NCBI GenBank assembly: GCA_043808585.1
Contig: JAZDES010000221.1
Coordinates: 11,380 to 75,379, forward strand
Direction: 5' to 3'
Length of the DNA: 64,000 nt
Source of the DNA: Pseudomonadota bacterium
Lineage (GTDB): Bacteria > Desulfobacterota > DSM-4660 > Desulfatiglandales > Desulfatiglandaceae
Made by a program: the position numbers and the translations under genes. Numbering within the stretch: the stretch's first letter is position 1; the number at the start of each line of letters is the position of its first letter. The notes under the pieces are model-generated. The model ran no database searches. It worked only from the letters and a program-made list of their open reading frames with translations, and was not told the DNA's origin. Below, piece by piece: positions 9,377 to 18,695 of the stretch.

Positions 9377-10900
9377 ATGCCATCTAACCGGACAATAGAA
9401 TCAACTCGAAATTACTGGCAAAAAGACAAGGGAGGACTTTCCCCCGAGCTTAACCTTGTCCCAGGAGATCTCCATCACATCCACCTGATGGGTATATGCG
9501 GGACAGGGATGTCATCCCTTGCGGGGATGTTGAAACAAAACGGATTTCAGGTGACCGGTTCAGATCAAAACATTTACCCCCCCATCAGCACCTTGTTAGA
9601 GGGGTTGTCCATCCCTGTATTGAGTGGATACAGGCCGCAAAACTTGAAACCCAAGCCTGATCTGGTCGTGGTGGGAAATGTGATAACCCGGAACAATCCA
9701 GAGGCGCTGGAGCTTTCTCGTCTGGGACTCCCTTATGTCTCATTTGCTCAGGCAATCAGACACTTTGCATTAAAGGGAAAACGATCGGTCGTTGTCAGTG
9801 GCACCCATGGCAAAACCACGGTCTCCGCCGCAATCGCCTGGATCCTGGAAAGGACTGGGATGGACCCAGGGTTCATGATAGGAGGGATTCCACGGGCATT
9901 TCAGAAGAACTTCAAAATGGGAAAAGGAACCTATTTTGTCATCGAGGGGGATGAGTACGATACGGCATTTTTTGACAAAGGCCCTAAGTTCTTGCATTAC
10001 AACCCGTGGGTGACCATTCTTACCAGCATAGAATTTGATCATGCCGATATCTACCGTGACCTGGATCATGTTGTGGAAAGCTTTAGGAAATTGATCGCTT
10101 TTACTCCCACGGAAGGGCTTATCATTGGAAACAGTGATGACCCCATGGTGGCGCAAGAAATTCGGGGGACAAGATGCCCTGTGATCACCTATGGCCTGTC
10201 CGGTGAACCGGGATGGAAGGCCGTTGATATTTCCGTTGGAGAGGATTTTACTTCCTTCAGGGTAATTGCCAAGGGGGAAGAATATGCAAGTTTTCTGACT
10301 CCCCTATACGGGAATTACAATATATCCAATCTGCTCTCCGTTGTGGTCTTGGCCGACTTCCTTGGGATCCCCAAAACAATCGTTCATGAGGCCTTGAAGG
10401 ATTTTACAGGGGTCAGGCGAAGGCAGGAGATCGTCGGCAAGGAGCGAGGAATTCTCGTCCTGGATGATTTCGCTCATCATCCCTCGGCGGTCAAAGAGAC
10501 CGTCACGGCGGTGAGGGAAAAATATAGAGGACGAAGATTAATCGCTGTGTTTGAACCCAGATCTAACTCCAGCCGGAGAAATGTCTTTCAAGATCGATAT
10601 GCGTCATCGTTTGACAACGCAGATCTTGTCATGATCCCGGAACCCCCTCTGATGGAAAAGATACCGGCAGACAAAAGGTTTTCCTCCCAGCGGCTGGTAG
10701 AGGACCTGAGAAAAAAAAGCCTCAAAGCGCACTATTTTCCGACCACTGATCGCCTCCTGGAGGCCTTGATGACAGAGGTTCGGTCGGGAGACGTTGTCCT
10801 GTTCATGTCCAACGGTGGGTTTGATAACCTGCCGGAAAGATTAGTGGGGGGTCTACACGAATTCCCCCTAACCCTGTCAGAGCGACAGCTCAATTCTTAG
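9377..10900 (+). CDS. mpl: UDP-N-acetylmuramate:L-alanyl-gamma-D-glutamyl-meso-DAP ligase (Mpl) / Mur ligase family
   Basis: HIHLMGICGTGMSSLAGML, VSGTHGKTT and EGDEYDTAFFDK are characteristic of Mpl. Confidence 0.8.
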   Translation: MPSNRTIESTRNYWQKDKGGLSPELNLVPGDLHHIHLMGICGTGMSSLAGMLKQNGFQVTGSDQNIYPPISTLLEGLSIPVLSGYRPQNLKPKPDLVVVGNVITRNNPEALELSRLGLPYVSFAQAIRHFALKGKRSVVVSGTHGKTTVSAAIAWILERTGMDPGFMIGGIPRAFQKNFKMGKGTYFVIEGDEYDTAFFDKGPKFLHYNPWVTILTSIEFDHADIYRDLDHVVESFRKLIAFTPTEGLIIGNSDDPMVAQEIRGTRCPVITYGLSGEPGWKAVDISVGEDFTSFRVIAKGEEYASFLTPLYGNYNISNLLSVVVLADFLGIPKTIVHEALKDFTGVRRRQEIVGKERGILVLDDFAHHPSAVKETVTAVREKYRGRRLIAVFEPRSNSSRRNVFQDRYASSFDNADLVMIPEPPLMEKIPADKRFSSQRLVEDLRKKSLKAHYFPTTDRLLEALMTEVRSGDVVLFMSNGGFDNLPERLVGGLHEFPLTLSERQLNS

Positions 10901-10942
10901 AGGGACAATGAACATCCTGTATAGACCCCCATGAGGATGTTG

Positions 10943-12316
10943 TTATTTTTCAAGGCCATATCTCTTCATTTTCCTCCAGAGGGAAACGCGGTCAATGCCC
11001 ATAGTCTTGGCCGCCTTGGTCTTATTCCCTTCGCATTTTTCCAGTATCCATTGTATATAATGTTTCTCCTGATCTTCCAGGCTGGGAATGGCAGAACGGG
11101 TGCGGCGGTAGGTCTCTATGGAGAGATTTCGGATGTAATCAGGAAGGTCGGCGACGAGAATAGAGGTCCCGTTTTCCAGGGCAACGGCCCTTTCAACGAC
11201 ATTTTCCAATTCTCTCACATTTCCAGGCCAGCCGTATTGACATAGTAGGTCCATTGCCTCCCGTTCGATTTCTCGGATGTCTTTTTTCATGGCTTGAGTT
11301 TTTTGAGCCAAGAAATAATTAGCGAGCAAGGGAATATCCCCGTTCCGGTCCGCTAGGGGTGGAAGCTGAATGGTGATTACATTGAGGCGGTAAAAAAGAT
11401 CCTGCCGAAAATAACCGTTTTTCACGTCTTCCTTGAGATCGCGGTGAGTTGCGGCGATGAAGCGTACATCCACGGGAATAGGGTCCACACCCCCTACACG
11501 GAGGAATGTCTTCTCCTGAATGACTCGCAATAGCTTTACCTGCATGGTCAACGGCATGTCACCGATTTCATCCAAGAATACCGTTCCGCCATCCGCCACT
11601 TCTATCAATCCAGCTTTTTCTTTGGTGGCCCCGGTGAATGCGCCTTTTTCATGACCGAATAGTTCATTTGCCATCAACTCTTCCGTGAATGATCCACAAT
11701 TAAATGCTATGAATCTTTTTTCCGAACGAGCGCTCAGATGATGTATCGCCTTCGCCACCAGCTCTTTCCCGGTTCCACTTTCGCCCAATATCAATACATT
11801 GATATCTGAGGAGGCAATCTGCTCAATGGTTTTTTGAACAGAGATCATTGCCTCGCTTTTCCCCACAATAAAGGGAACCCGTTGCATCTTTTTCAGCGAC
11901 TCTTTCAGTTCAAGATTTTCCAGAAGGAGCCTGCGCTTAGTGAGGGCCTCTTTTACAATTTTACGGACCTCATCGATTTTATATGGTTTGGCAATATAAT
12001 GATAAGCCCCCTCCTTCATGGCCTTTACCGCAGAATCAACGGTAGCATATCCCGTGATCATGATCACTTCCGTATGGGGCTGCAGTTCCCGGCTTTTCTC
12101 TAAAACCTGCATCCCACCCACCTTCTCCATCTTGAGATCCGTAATGACCAGATCGAAGGTTTTTGAATTGAGCATTTCTAGGGCCTTCATTCCGTTATCC
12201 ACAGAAATGACGCCATACCCCTCTTTTTTGAGGATATGCTCCAGATTCTTCCGTGCTATAGCCTCATCTTCCACAATAAGTATCATTTCTTCGGTATCTG
12301 CCAGCGCTCCTAACAT
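10943..12316 (-). CDS. sigma-54-dependent response regulator (REC + AAA+ + Fis-type HTH; NtrC family)
   Basis: The REC domain has DLVITDLKM and AKP. The AAA+ domain has GESGTGKE, the GAFTGA loop (EKGAFTGA) and the RVGG/ATHRDL blocks. The C-terminal HTH is [22 protein letters not shown]. Confidence 0.9.
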   Translation of the reverse strand: MLGALADTEEMILIVEDEAIARKNLEHILKKEGYGVISVDNGMKALEMLNSKTFDLVITDLKMEKVGGMQVLEKSRELQPHTEVIMITGYATVDSAVKAMKEGAYHYIAKPYKIDEVRKIVKEALTKRRLLLENLELKESLKKMQRVPFIVGKSEAMISVQKTIEQIASSDINVLILGESGTGKELVAKAIHHLSARSEKRFIAFNCGSFTEELMANELFGHEKGAFTGATKEKAGLIEVADGGTVFLDEIGDMPLTMQVKLLRVIQEKTFLRVGGVDPIPVDVRFIAATHRDLKEDVKNGYFRQDLFYRLNVITIQLPPLADRNGDIPLLANYFLAQKTQAMKKDIREIEREAMDLLCQYGWPGNVRELENVVERAVALENGTSILVADLPDYIRNLSIETYRRTRSAIPSLEDQEKHYIQWILEKCEGNKTKAAKTMGIDRVSLWRKMKRYGLEK

Positions 12317-12363
12317 TTGAGACTCGTTACGATTCCAGAATAGGCAGGTGGAGTGGTACTATT

Positions 12364-13884
12364 TCAATTGCCGTCTCTTATCGTGCTTCTCGGATCATGA
12401 AGGTGAATAGGCAAAAAGACGGTAAATGTTGTGCCCCTATCTTGTTTACTTTCAACTTGTATTCGACCTCCATGTTGTTCAATAATGCCATGGGTTATAG
12501 AAAGGCCTAAACCGGTGCCTTTCCCCACCTCTTTGGTGGTGAAAAATGGATCAAAGATTTTTGAGAGATCTTCTTCACGTATTCCTTTACCACTATCTTG
12601 AACCCTAAAACAGAGCTCTCCTTTGACTTCGTTTTTGCAGGTATAGATCTTCAGGACTCCCCCGTTTTCCATGGCCTGAACACCATTGAGGATCAGGTTG
12701 ACCAGGACCTGTTGGATTCGCCGAGGATCCAATTCTAACCGAATATCCTCCGGTACCTCAACCCTTAGTTCTACATTGGGCGGCATCTCACCCTTGATCA
12801 GTTTGAGGGTATCATCCACCAGGTCCTTAAAACGAACCTCTTTTAGGCTAAATGATCTTTCTCTGGAAAATTCGAGTAGTGCTTTTACAATATCCCTGGT
12901 CCTTTCTACCTGTTTTTCTGTTTCGACCAGTAGCTCTTTTTTGTATTCCAGGTTACCCTCTTCCAGTTCTTCGAGCAGGATTTGAACAGAAGTGGAGATG
13001 TTATTCAGGGGGTTGTTCAATTCATGGGCTACACCTGAAGTTAAGGTCCCTAGAGAAGCCAACTTTTTGGCCTGTACAAGCTGTTCGTTGCGTTTGTTTA
13101 GTTCGTCGATCATATTGTTCAAGCTGTTCACCAGAGATTCAAATTCGTCTCCGGTAGATATGGGAGGTATATTCGCGTAATCTCCCACGGCGATCTTGTG
13201 AATGGCATCCTCAATAGACTTTAAGGGGCGATTGACATTGAAGATAAAAAAGAGGACAGCAAAGATAGATAGGACAAAAATTCCCAACAGGGCCAAAAAG
13301 TGATAATTCCTCGATTCCCTGATGAGCTGATTCACATAGCGGCGCTCCTGGGTGAGGATGGCCTCCATATCCTCTGTAATTTTTTTGCCGACGCCTCTGA
13401 TGATCTCTTGGTGCTGTGAAAAGCCCTTAATCAGATCTTGGCTGATCTCGGGGGAGCCCCTTAGCTGATGGAGTTTGAGTAGAGTGGACAGGGCCTTTTC
13501 GTATTTTCGAAGGTCATCGAGTCTTTCTTCCAGATTCTTTGAGAGGGTGAACCGGCCATAATCGTGAATGATGTTGGTCAGTTTTTGTTCTCCCTTGCGC
13601 GCATAAGATAAGGCTTCTTCCAGATTCTTAGGTTCCATATAGAGGAAATAGTTTTTCTCGTATCGACGGGCCTCAAGAATAGTATTGAAAAGGTCATCTT
13701 TCTTTTCCAAAATCCGAAGTTTTTGATTCAGGAGGTGGTGTTTATAGTAGTTCAAAAACCACATGGATCCACCAAGGATCAGGAAAAGCGAGATAGCGAT
13801 AATGATCTTTTTTCTCATACTGAGCTTTATATTTGACCCTTGTAGCTTCTGCAAACAGTCATGGACTGATTTCACTAAAGGCAA
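12364..13884 (-). CDS. sensor histidine kinase (helical periplasmic sensor, TM, HAMP, HisKA, HATPase_c)
   Basis: The H-box is SGVAHELNNPL, the N-box LVNLILNGVQAM and the G-boxes QDSGKGI and GTGLGLSI. It sits immediately upstream of the NtrC-type regulator. Confidence 0.88.
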   Translation of the reverse strand: MPLVKSVHDCLQKLQGSNIKLSMRKKIIIAISLFLILGGSMWFLNYYKHHLLNQKLRILEKKDDLFNTILEARRYEKNYFLYMEPKNLEEALSYARKGEQKLTNIIHDYGRFTLSKNLEERLDDLRKYEKALSTLLKLHQLRGSPEISQDLIKGFSQHQEIIRGVGKKITEDMEAILTQERRYVNQLIRESRNYHFLALLGIFVLSIFAVLFFIFNVNRPLKSIEDAIHKIAVGDYANIPPISTGDEFESLVNSLNNMIDELNKRNEQLVQAKKLASLGTLTSGVAHELNNPLNNISTSVQILLEELEEGNLEYKKELLVETEKQVERTRDIVKALLEFSRERSFSLKEVRFKDLVDDTLKLIKGEMPPNVELRVEVPEDIRLELDPRRIQQVLVNLILNGVQAMENGGVLKIYTCKNEVKGELCFRVQDSGKGIREEDLSKIFDPFFTTKEVGKGTGLGLSITHGIIEQHGGRIQVESKQDRGTTFTVFLPIHLHDPRSTIRDGN

Positions 13885-13887
13885 TTA

Positions 13888-14748
13888 TCAATAATAATAG
13901 GGGAGGTCAATATCGCATATGGCGTCTTTAACGCCCGGGATCTTTTTCACGATTTGCAATATCTCCTTGGTCAAATCCTCTCTGATCTTTTCGCTAACTT
14001 GATCCTGCAAATTTGGGCTGGCAAAACCCGTTTTTTTGAGCCTCTGGGCCTTGACATGGATATGGACCACGCCATCATTTGCAGTCACTTCCGCTTCACA
14101 GACCTCTTGAATACCGGCCTGCACATGGCTACTCATGGCGAGATTATGGATAGCCTTTTCTGAATCCGAAGTTGCCTTGTAGGTATCACTTCTTGCTGCT
14201 GTGCAGATGATCTCGCAGGCATCCCGAAGCGTCAACCTCCCTATGCCTATATGCAAAACCATATCGTATAAGACTGGGTCACTCATATCGGCCTTAAAAA
14301 AATAGTGATTCCAATCAGCCCGTTCCCTGTCTTCCCTTTCAATAAATTTTATGGCTTCATCTCTGGATATATTCCTGTTTTTCTGTAGGAGAGCGATCCG
14401 GTCTTCCACTTCGGCAATCACCCGCACCTTCAGTACATGGGAGATTCCTGGAATGAGAACATGCCCTGCATAGCCATGATAGACGACGCTATCCTTCTTC
14501 ACATGTTCCAGCAAGGCTGCCTGGATGCAAGACAGAAACTTGTCCCTGGCGTGGGTTATTTTCTCTAAGATCGTAGGGGCATCATGAATGGAAGCCATCA
14601 GTTTCGCATCAGGGATATGAAAAAACTGAGAGGCCTCATCAATGACGACCTCCTGGCTCACACATTCGTAATTAAGGGTCCCCGCCACTCTCTCAGCGAT
14701 CTCCTGACCATGGCTGAAACATCCCCGCGAAATCGTTATTATCGCCAT
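13888..14748 (-). CDS. cytidylate-kinase-like family protein with C-terminal extension
   Basis: MAIITISRGCFSHGQEIAERVA... plus the VKVRVIAEVEDRI and RERADWNHYFF blocks resemble the Cytidylate_kin2-type family. Function is unknown. Confidence 0.55.
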   Translation of the reverse strand: MAIITISRGCFSHGQEIAERVAGTLNYECVSQEVVIDEASQFFHIPDAKLMASIHDAPTILEKITHARDKFLSCIQAALLEHVKKDSVVYHGYAGHVLIPGISHVLKVRVIAEVEDRIALLQKNRNISRDEAIKFIEREDRERADWNHYFFKADMSDPVLYDMVLHIGIGRLTLRDACEIICTAARSDTYKATSDSEKAIHNLAMSSHVQAGIQEVCEAEVTANDGVVHIHVKAQRLKKTGFASPNLQDQVSEKIREDLTKEILQIVKKIPGVKDAICDIDLPYYY

Positions 14749-14774
14749 AGACGCCTCCTTGCCAATTCTCTATA

Positions 14775-16586
14775 TTAAATCCCATAGAAGAAATAGAGTA
14801 TGGAAAGCTCCACCGTTAAAAAGATCACGGTCATGATGGCGCCTGCTTTCGCATAGTCCACTGTGCGATATCCTCCGGGCCTCATAACCAGTGCATTGAC
14901 TTGGTGAGTGGGCAAAACGAAGGTGTTGGAAGCCGACAGTCCCACAACCAGCGCGGCCATCCGGGGATCTCCTCCGGCCATAACCGTCATATTCATACAG
15001 AGTGGGACCAGCAGGACAGTTGCCCCCACATTGGAAATCACAAGTGTGAAAAAAGAGGTCATGATGCCTACCACAGAAAGAAGCACAATGGGTGTGGGAT
15101 GGCCAAGCAATCCCAGGACCTTATGAGCAATGAAGGCCGCCGTCCCTGTTTTTTCAAAGGCAATTCCAAGGGGTATCAGTCCGGCCAATAGAAAGACGGT
15201 CATCCAATCCACAGCCCGGTATGCTTCATCCACTGAGAGCACGCCTGTGAGGATCATCCCCAATGCCCCGGACATGAGCGCAACGGAAAGCTGAACCTTA
15301 AAGAAAATGATCTGAAACAGGGCTGCCCCAAGCCAGAATATAGCAAGCTTGGCCTTATGGGGGCGCATAATTTCACCCTCAAGGGGGGTGGCAAAGGTGA
15401 GGGCTCTTGGCTGGGGGCGATTTTTCAAGATATGAAATCTCTCCCATGGCCCCTGCAGCAATAAGGTATCTCCCATTTGCATCCGGATACGTGTTAGGCC
15501 GCTATAGTATATCTTGTTGCCCTTGAATAAGGCCACAGGGTTGACCCCATAGAGTTCTTTGAAATTGATTTCGCTCATGGTTTTACCGATCAATTCCGAC
15601 CTAGGAGATACGACCGTTTCCGCCATTCCAGCGTTGGTTCGAGACAGAGTTTCGGCAAACACCTCAAGGCTGTCTTTTAGGCGCCAGCCATATTCGTCAA
15701 CAAGTCTCCGAATATTTTTCTCTCTTCCAACCACTGCAAGATCGTCATTTGCCTGGATTTTATCTGTACTACGGGGCACAAAGTTCTTCTCCTTTTTCTC
15801 TGAATGGCTGATGGCCACTACAGTTACGAGAAACCTTGCCCTGATGCCCAGTTCCTCCAAGGTCTTGGGGCCGCTGAAATTCCCTGATACGTGCAATTCA
15901 AAAATGGTATCCAGCGCTCGATATTCCTCAATCAAGGAAGCGGTGATCCCCTTGTCCGCTTCTCCTCCTCCACTCGGGAGGACAAATTTACCAAATATCG
16001 TAAAATATGCAATGGCGCTCACGAGCAGACATAGCCCTATTGGCGTCTGCGTAAATAGGCCAAAAGGTTCTAATTTTTTCCCTCCCAGCACCATCAGGTC
16101 GTTCAACAGGATGGTGGGACTAGCTCCCACCAAAGTGATGGTCCCCCCTATGATAGCGCAGAAGCCCATCGGCATAAGAATCCTGGATACAGGTACCTCC
16201 ATTCTCTTCGCGATACGTTGGGCCGCAGGCAGGAAAAGGGCGGCAGCTCCGATATTTTGCATCATACTTGAGATCAATCCAACGGTTCCGGAGACCAAGG
16301 TAATGACCCGTTTTTCACTCCTTCCTGCCAGTTTTATGATGGGGCCGGCCACCTGGTTCATCACGCCCGTCTTATCCAGCCCTGCTCCGATAATAATAAC
16401 CGCAATGATGGAACAAACCGCATTGCTGCTCAGGCCAACAAAGGCCTCCTTAGGGGAAATAAGGCCGGTAAGAGGGAGCAACACCATCATGATGATCCCC
16501 ACGACATCCACCCTGACCCACTCAAAGATAAAAAGAACAATCGCAAAGGCAAGTACCATCATCGTCAACAGCATTTCAGGCGTCAT
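14775..16586 (-). CDS. SLC13/DASS-family permease with two central TrkA-C domains
   Basis: Multi-TM halves flank two soluble RCK_C-like segments (GKTMSEINFKELYGVNPVAL...). The architecture is typical of this family. Confidence 0.8.
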   Translation of the reverse strand: MTPEMLLTMMVLAFAIVLFIFEWVRVDVVGIIMMVLLPLTGLISPKEAFVGLSSNAVCSIIAVIIIGAGLDKTGVMNQVAGPIIKLAGRSEKRVITLVSGTVGLISSMMQNIGAAALFLPAAQRIAKRMEVPVSRILMPMGFCAIIGGTITLVGASPTILLNDLMVLGGKKLEPFGLFTQTPIGLCLLVSAIAYFTIFGKFVLPSGGGEADKGITASLIEEYRALDTIFELHVSGNFSGPKTLEELGIRARFLVTVVAISHSEKKEKNFVPRSTDKIQANDDLAVVGREKNIRRLVDEYGWRLKDSLEVFAETLSRTNAGMAETVVSPRSELIGKTMSEINFKELYGVNPVALFKGNKIYYSGLTRIRMQMGDTLLLQGPWERFHILKNRPQPRALTFATPLEGEIMRPHKAKLAIFWLGAALFQIIFFKVQLSVALMSGALGMILTGVLSVDEAYRAVDWMTVFLLAGLIPLGIAFEKTGTAAFIAHKVLGLLGHPTPIVLLSVVGIMTSFFTLVISNVGATVLLVPLCMNMTVMAGGDPRMAALVVGLSASNTFVLPTHQVNALVMRPGGYRTVDYAKAGAIMTVIFLTVELSILYFFYGI

Positions 16587-16649
16587 CTGGGATACTCCTT
16601 TCCCTTCTACAATCTAATCCAGGACGTCTCTTCTCTAAGGACCATCCGT

Positions 16650-16754
16650 CTATTCTGCCCGGTCCGTTTTTTTCCTATTTCCTTTTCTGAACCAGAAACA
16701 CAAAAGAAATGTAAAGACGATGAGTGCTAAAGAAAAATAGAAATGGGCGCCCAT
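16650..16754 (-). CDS. possible 34-aa single-TM mini-protein upstream of the SLC13 gene
   Basis: An internal ATG with a strong RBS (agggaggaaaaaATG) gives the product MGAHFYFSLALIVFTFLLCFWFRKGNRKKTDRAE. No homology evidence is available. Confidence 0.3.
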   Translation of the reverse strand: MGAHFYFSLALIVFTFLLCFWFRKGNRKKTDRAE

Positions 16755-16993
16755 TTTTTCCTCCCTAATATTGATAAAATAAAAGCCCCCTCGCAAAATC
16801 GTGAAGCAAGAGGAGGCGGATGTATCTTTACACAAATAAACAGAAAACCCCACATGTCTTATGAAGACCGTAGGAGATTCTGTCTATGAAGAAATACTTG
16901 AATCTAAAGCGTTATGAAAACTGCCCCGAGTCAGCCAAAACAAAGGAAAAGCCTTACACTATTTGCCTTAAGCGCCGATCCTTTTGCCTTATC

Positions 16994-17554
16994 CTATACC
17001 ATTGAATAGACAAACATCTCACGCCTTGGCCTTTCACCCTCCTCCGCCCTGTTGGCTATCTGTTCTTCCTCAGCCTCTGAAACCACAAACTCGATATCCT
17101 CATACTCTCGCTTTATCTCTTGAAGGGCCTCATCCGGTTCACTGAATTTGACGACATGGGAAAAAGAAATCCCCATTTTTTCGGCCTCTTCCTGAAATAC
17201 CCTGACGTTTTTTTTTGAGATATCCCGAAATTCCTCACAGAGCTTGTTTCTTGAAAATGAAAACAATTTGAAGCTCTCGCAGGAGAGGGGGGCAGTGTTC
17301 AGGGCCAATATCTCGTAGGACATCCTTGCGGCCATCTCCAGGGCATAATCGATGATCTCTCTGGAGAATGTGCCTTCCCTTCCAACAACGAGCAGCTTTG
17401 CAGGCGTTTCTTCAATCCTTTCTTCTTTGGTAATCAGGCCCGTGGCATGTTCCTGCTGGCCCACCTCGGCAAATGTGACGGCTTCATGGTATTGGTCCAT
17501 CTTGTCTGTAAGCCTGCGTGCCCTATTTGTTAATTTTCCAAACAGTCCGCTCAT
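16994..17554 (-). CDS. USP-like protein with N-terminal FAEAGE-type module
   Basis: The N-terminus carries YHEAVTFAEVGQQEHATGLI (nt 17432-17482). The remainder resembles a universal stress protein fold (LLVVGREGTFSREIIDYALEMA...DIEFVVSE). Confidence 0.6.
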   Translation of the reverse strand: MSGLFGKLTNRARRLTDKMDQYHEAVTFAEVGQQEHATGLITKEERIEETPAKLLVVGREGTFSREIIDYALEMAARMSYEILALNTAPLSCESFKLFSFSRNKLCEEFRDISKKNVRVFQEEAEKMGISFSHVVKFSEPDEALQEIKREYEDIEFVVSEAEEEQIANRAEEGERPRREMFVYSMV

Positions 17555-17558
17555 CTTC

Positions 17559-18116
17559 TTAGATCCTCCTCTCAGAATGTCTGCAATGATTTAGCGCTGG
17601 ATACTCCTTCATCATCACAATAGGAGTAGATAGGTTTTTCCTTATCTTTCTGGGCAGAATCTTTTTCTTTCTTCCCGTTGGAGCCTCCTTGCCTTCTTCC
17701 TCGGAAGCATCATAGATGGTAAGAACGATATCCCGATGATCATTCACATAACTCAAAATCTCTTGATCTGGACTTCCTGATCTCATCGTTAGGTGCCAGG
17801 GAATGCCTGCCCTTTTCGATTCAGGGAGCAATTGGTTGATATTCCTTAAGGCTTCGGCCTTCATCTCTTTCATCTCTTTAGCCATCTCATGCTCACCGGC
17901 CTCTGCAAAGGTAGCCGCAATCATGGCTCCTTCAATATACCTTTTGGCATGATGAGACCCTTGACGGACTTTTTTTGCGTACCGGCTATAGGTTCTCAGC
18001 CTGATGATCTGCAGGATATCAAGTTCTGTCTTAATGCGTTTGCAGAGTTCCACCGCATAGCTGAATACCCTTCTATCCGGTGTCATCCCGTCGATGGCCA
18101 GCAAGACCTTCTTCAT
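17559..18116 (-). CDS. universal-stress-protein-like protein with internal FAEAGE-type module
   Basis: MKKVLLAIDGMTPDRRVFSYAVEL... and ...DIVLTIYD...STPIVMM are USP-like. The insert AMIAATFAEAGEHEMAKEM lies at nt 17871-17924. Confidence 0.65.
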   Translation of the reverse strand: MKKVLLAIDGMTPDRRVFSYAVELCKRIKTELDILQIIRLRTYSRYAKKVRQGSHHAKRYIEGAMIAATFAEAGEHEMAKEMKEMKAEALRNINQLLPESKRAGIPWHLTMRSGSPDQEILSYVNDHRDIVLTIYDASEEEGKEAPTGRKKKILPRKIRKNLSTPIVMMKEYPALNHCRHSERRI

Positions 18117-18153
18117 CGCTCTTTTCCCCCTATTGTGGAACGGTCCACCACTT

Positions 18154-18339
18154 TTAGGCCCTTAGTACCGGACGCTGTTCTTCCCGTTTTATGACCCTAT
18201 ATTTGACCCGCTTTCGATTCTTCTTCCTTGGTGACTGGTTCATCATCTCCAGGGCGGTCTCCCGTTCTCCGGCCTGGGCAAACGTGGCCGCCATCATCCA
18301 TTGATCAAACGTATTAATCCTGGCTTTGATATTGAACAT
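18154..18339 (-). CDS. 61-aa mini-protein consisting mainly of the FAEAGE-type module plus a basic tail
   Basis: The product is MFNIKARINTFDQWMMAATFAQAGERETALEMMNQSPRKKNRKR... The start is moved to the second ATG (18339), which has an AGGAGG RBS 9 nt upstream. The ORF-track ATG at 18375 lies only about 5 nt after the -12 element of the sigma-54 promoter. Confidence 0.6.
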   Translation of the reverse strand: MFNIKARINTFDQWMMAATFAQAGERETALEMMNQSPRKKNRKRVKYRVIKREEQRPVLRA

Positions 18340-18380
18340 CTTAGATCGCCTCCTTTTTTGGACCTTTGTTACCATGGTTC

Positions 18381-18396
18381 AGCAATTTCTGTGCCA
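18381..18396 (-). promoter_or_regulatory. sigma-54 (-24/-12) promoter
   Basis: The minus strand reads TGGCACagaaaTTGCT, an exact TGGCAC-N5-TTGC consensus. It heads the operon 18339 to about 16994. Confidence 0.75.
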
Positions 18397-18695
18397 CCAT
18401 CTTAAAATAGTAGTGTATCCAGTTGATATCATTTATATATTGGCTATAAATGATGAAAATGAAAAATAGTGGCTGGTGTTACAATTTGCAACAAACGAAA
18501 GGGGATATTCCAATTATCTAACAATATTAATGCATTAATAACCATTACAAAAACAAATGAGATGTTTCGAAATGCAACGGAGGCAGACGTTTCGAGCTTC
18601 TGAGGGGTGAAGGGGATCCTGACTGCGCAACCCTTTGAGTTGCGATTCATCTTGAAAAGATTTATAGTCCTACCCATTTCAGAAGGAGTCACCAC

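Noticed and set aside
15559-16617. 352-aa plus-strand ORF
   Set aside because: It is antisense to the SLC13 permease gene. It has low-complexity Ser/Pro/Thr-rich content typical of a shadow frame. The same reasoning applies to 35116-35622, 39296-39835, 40253-40813, 8440-8889 and the other long antisense ORFs in the track.
18466-18490. TGGCTGGTGTTACAATTTGCA as a plus-strand sigma-54 promoter for the Lon gene
   Set aside because: The GG-to-GC spacing is 11 or 15 nt depending on which GG is used, and neither fits the consensus.
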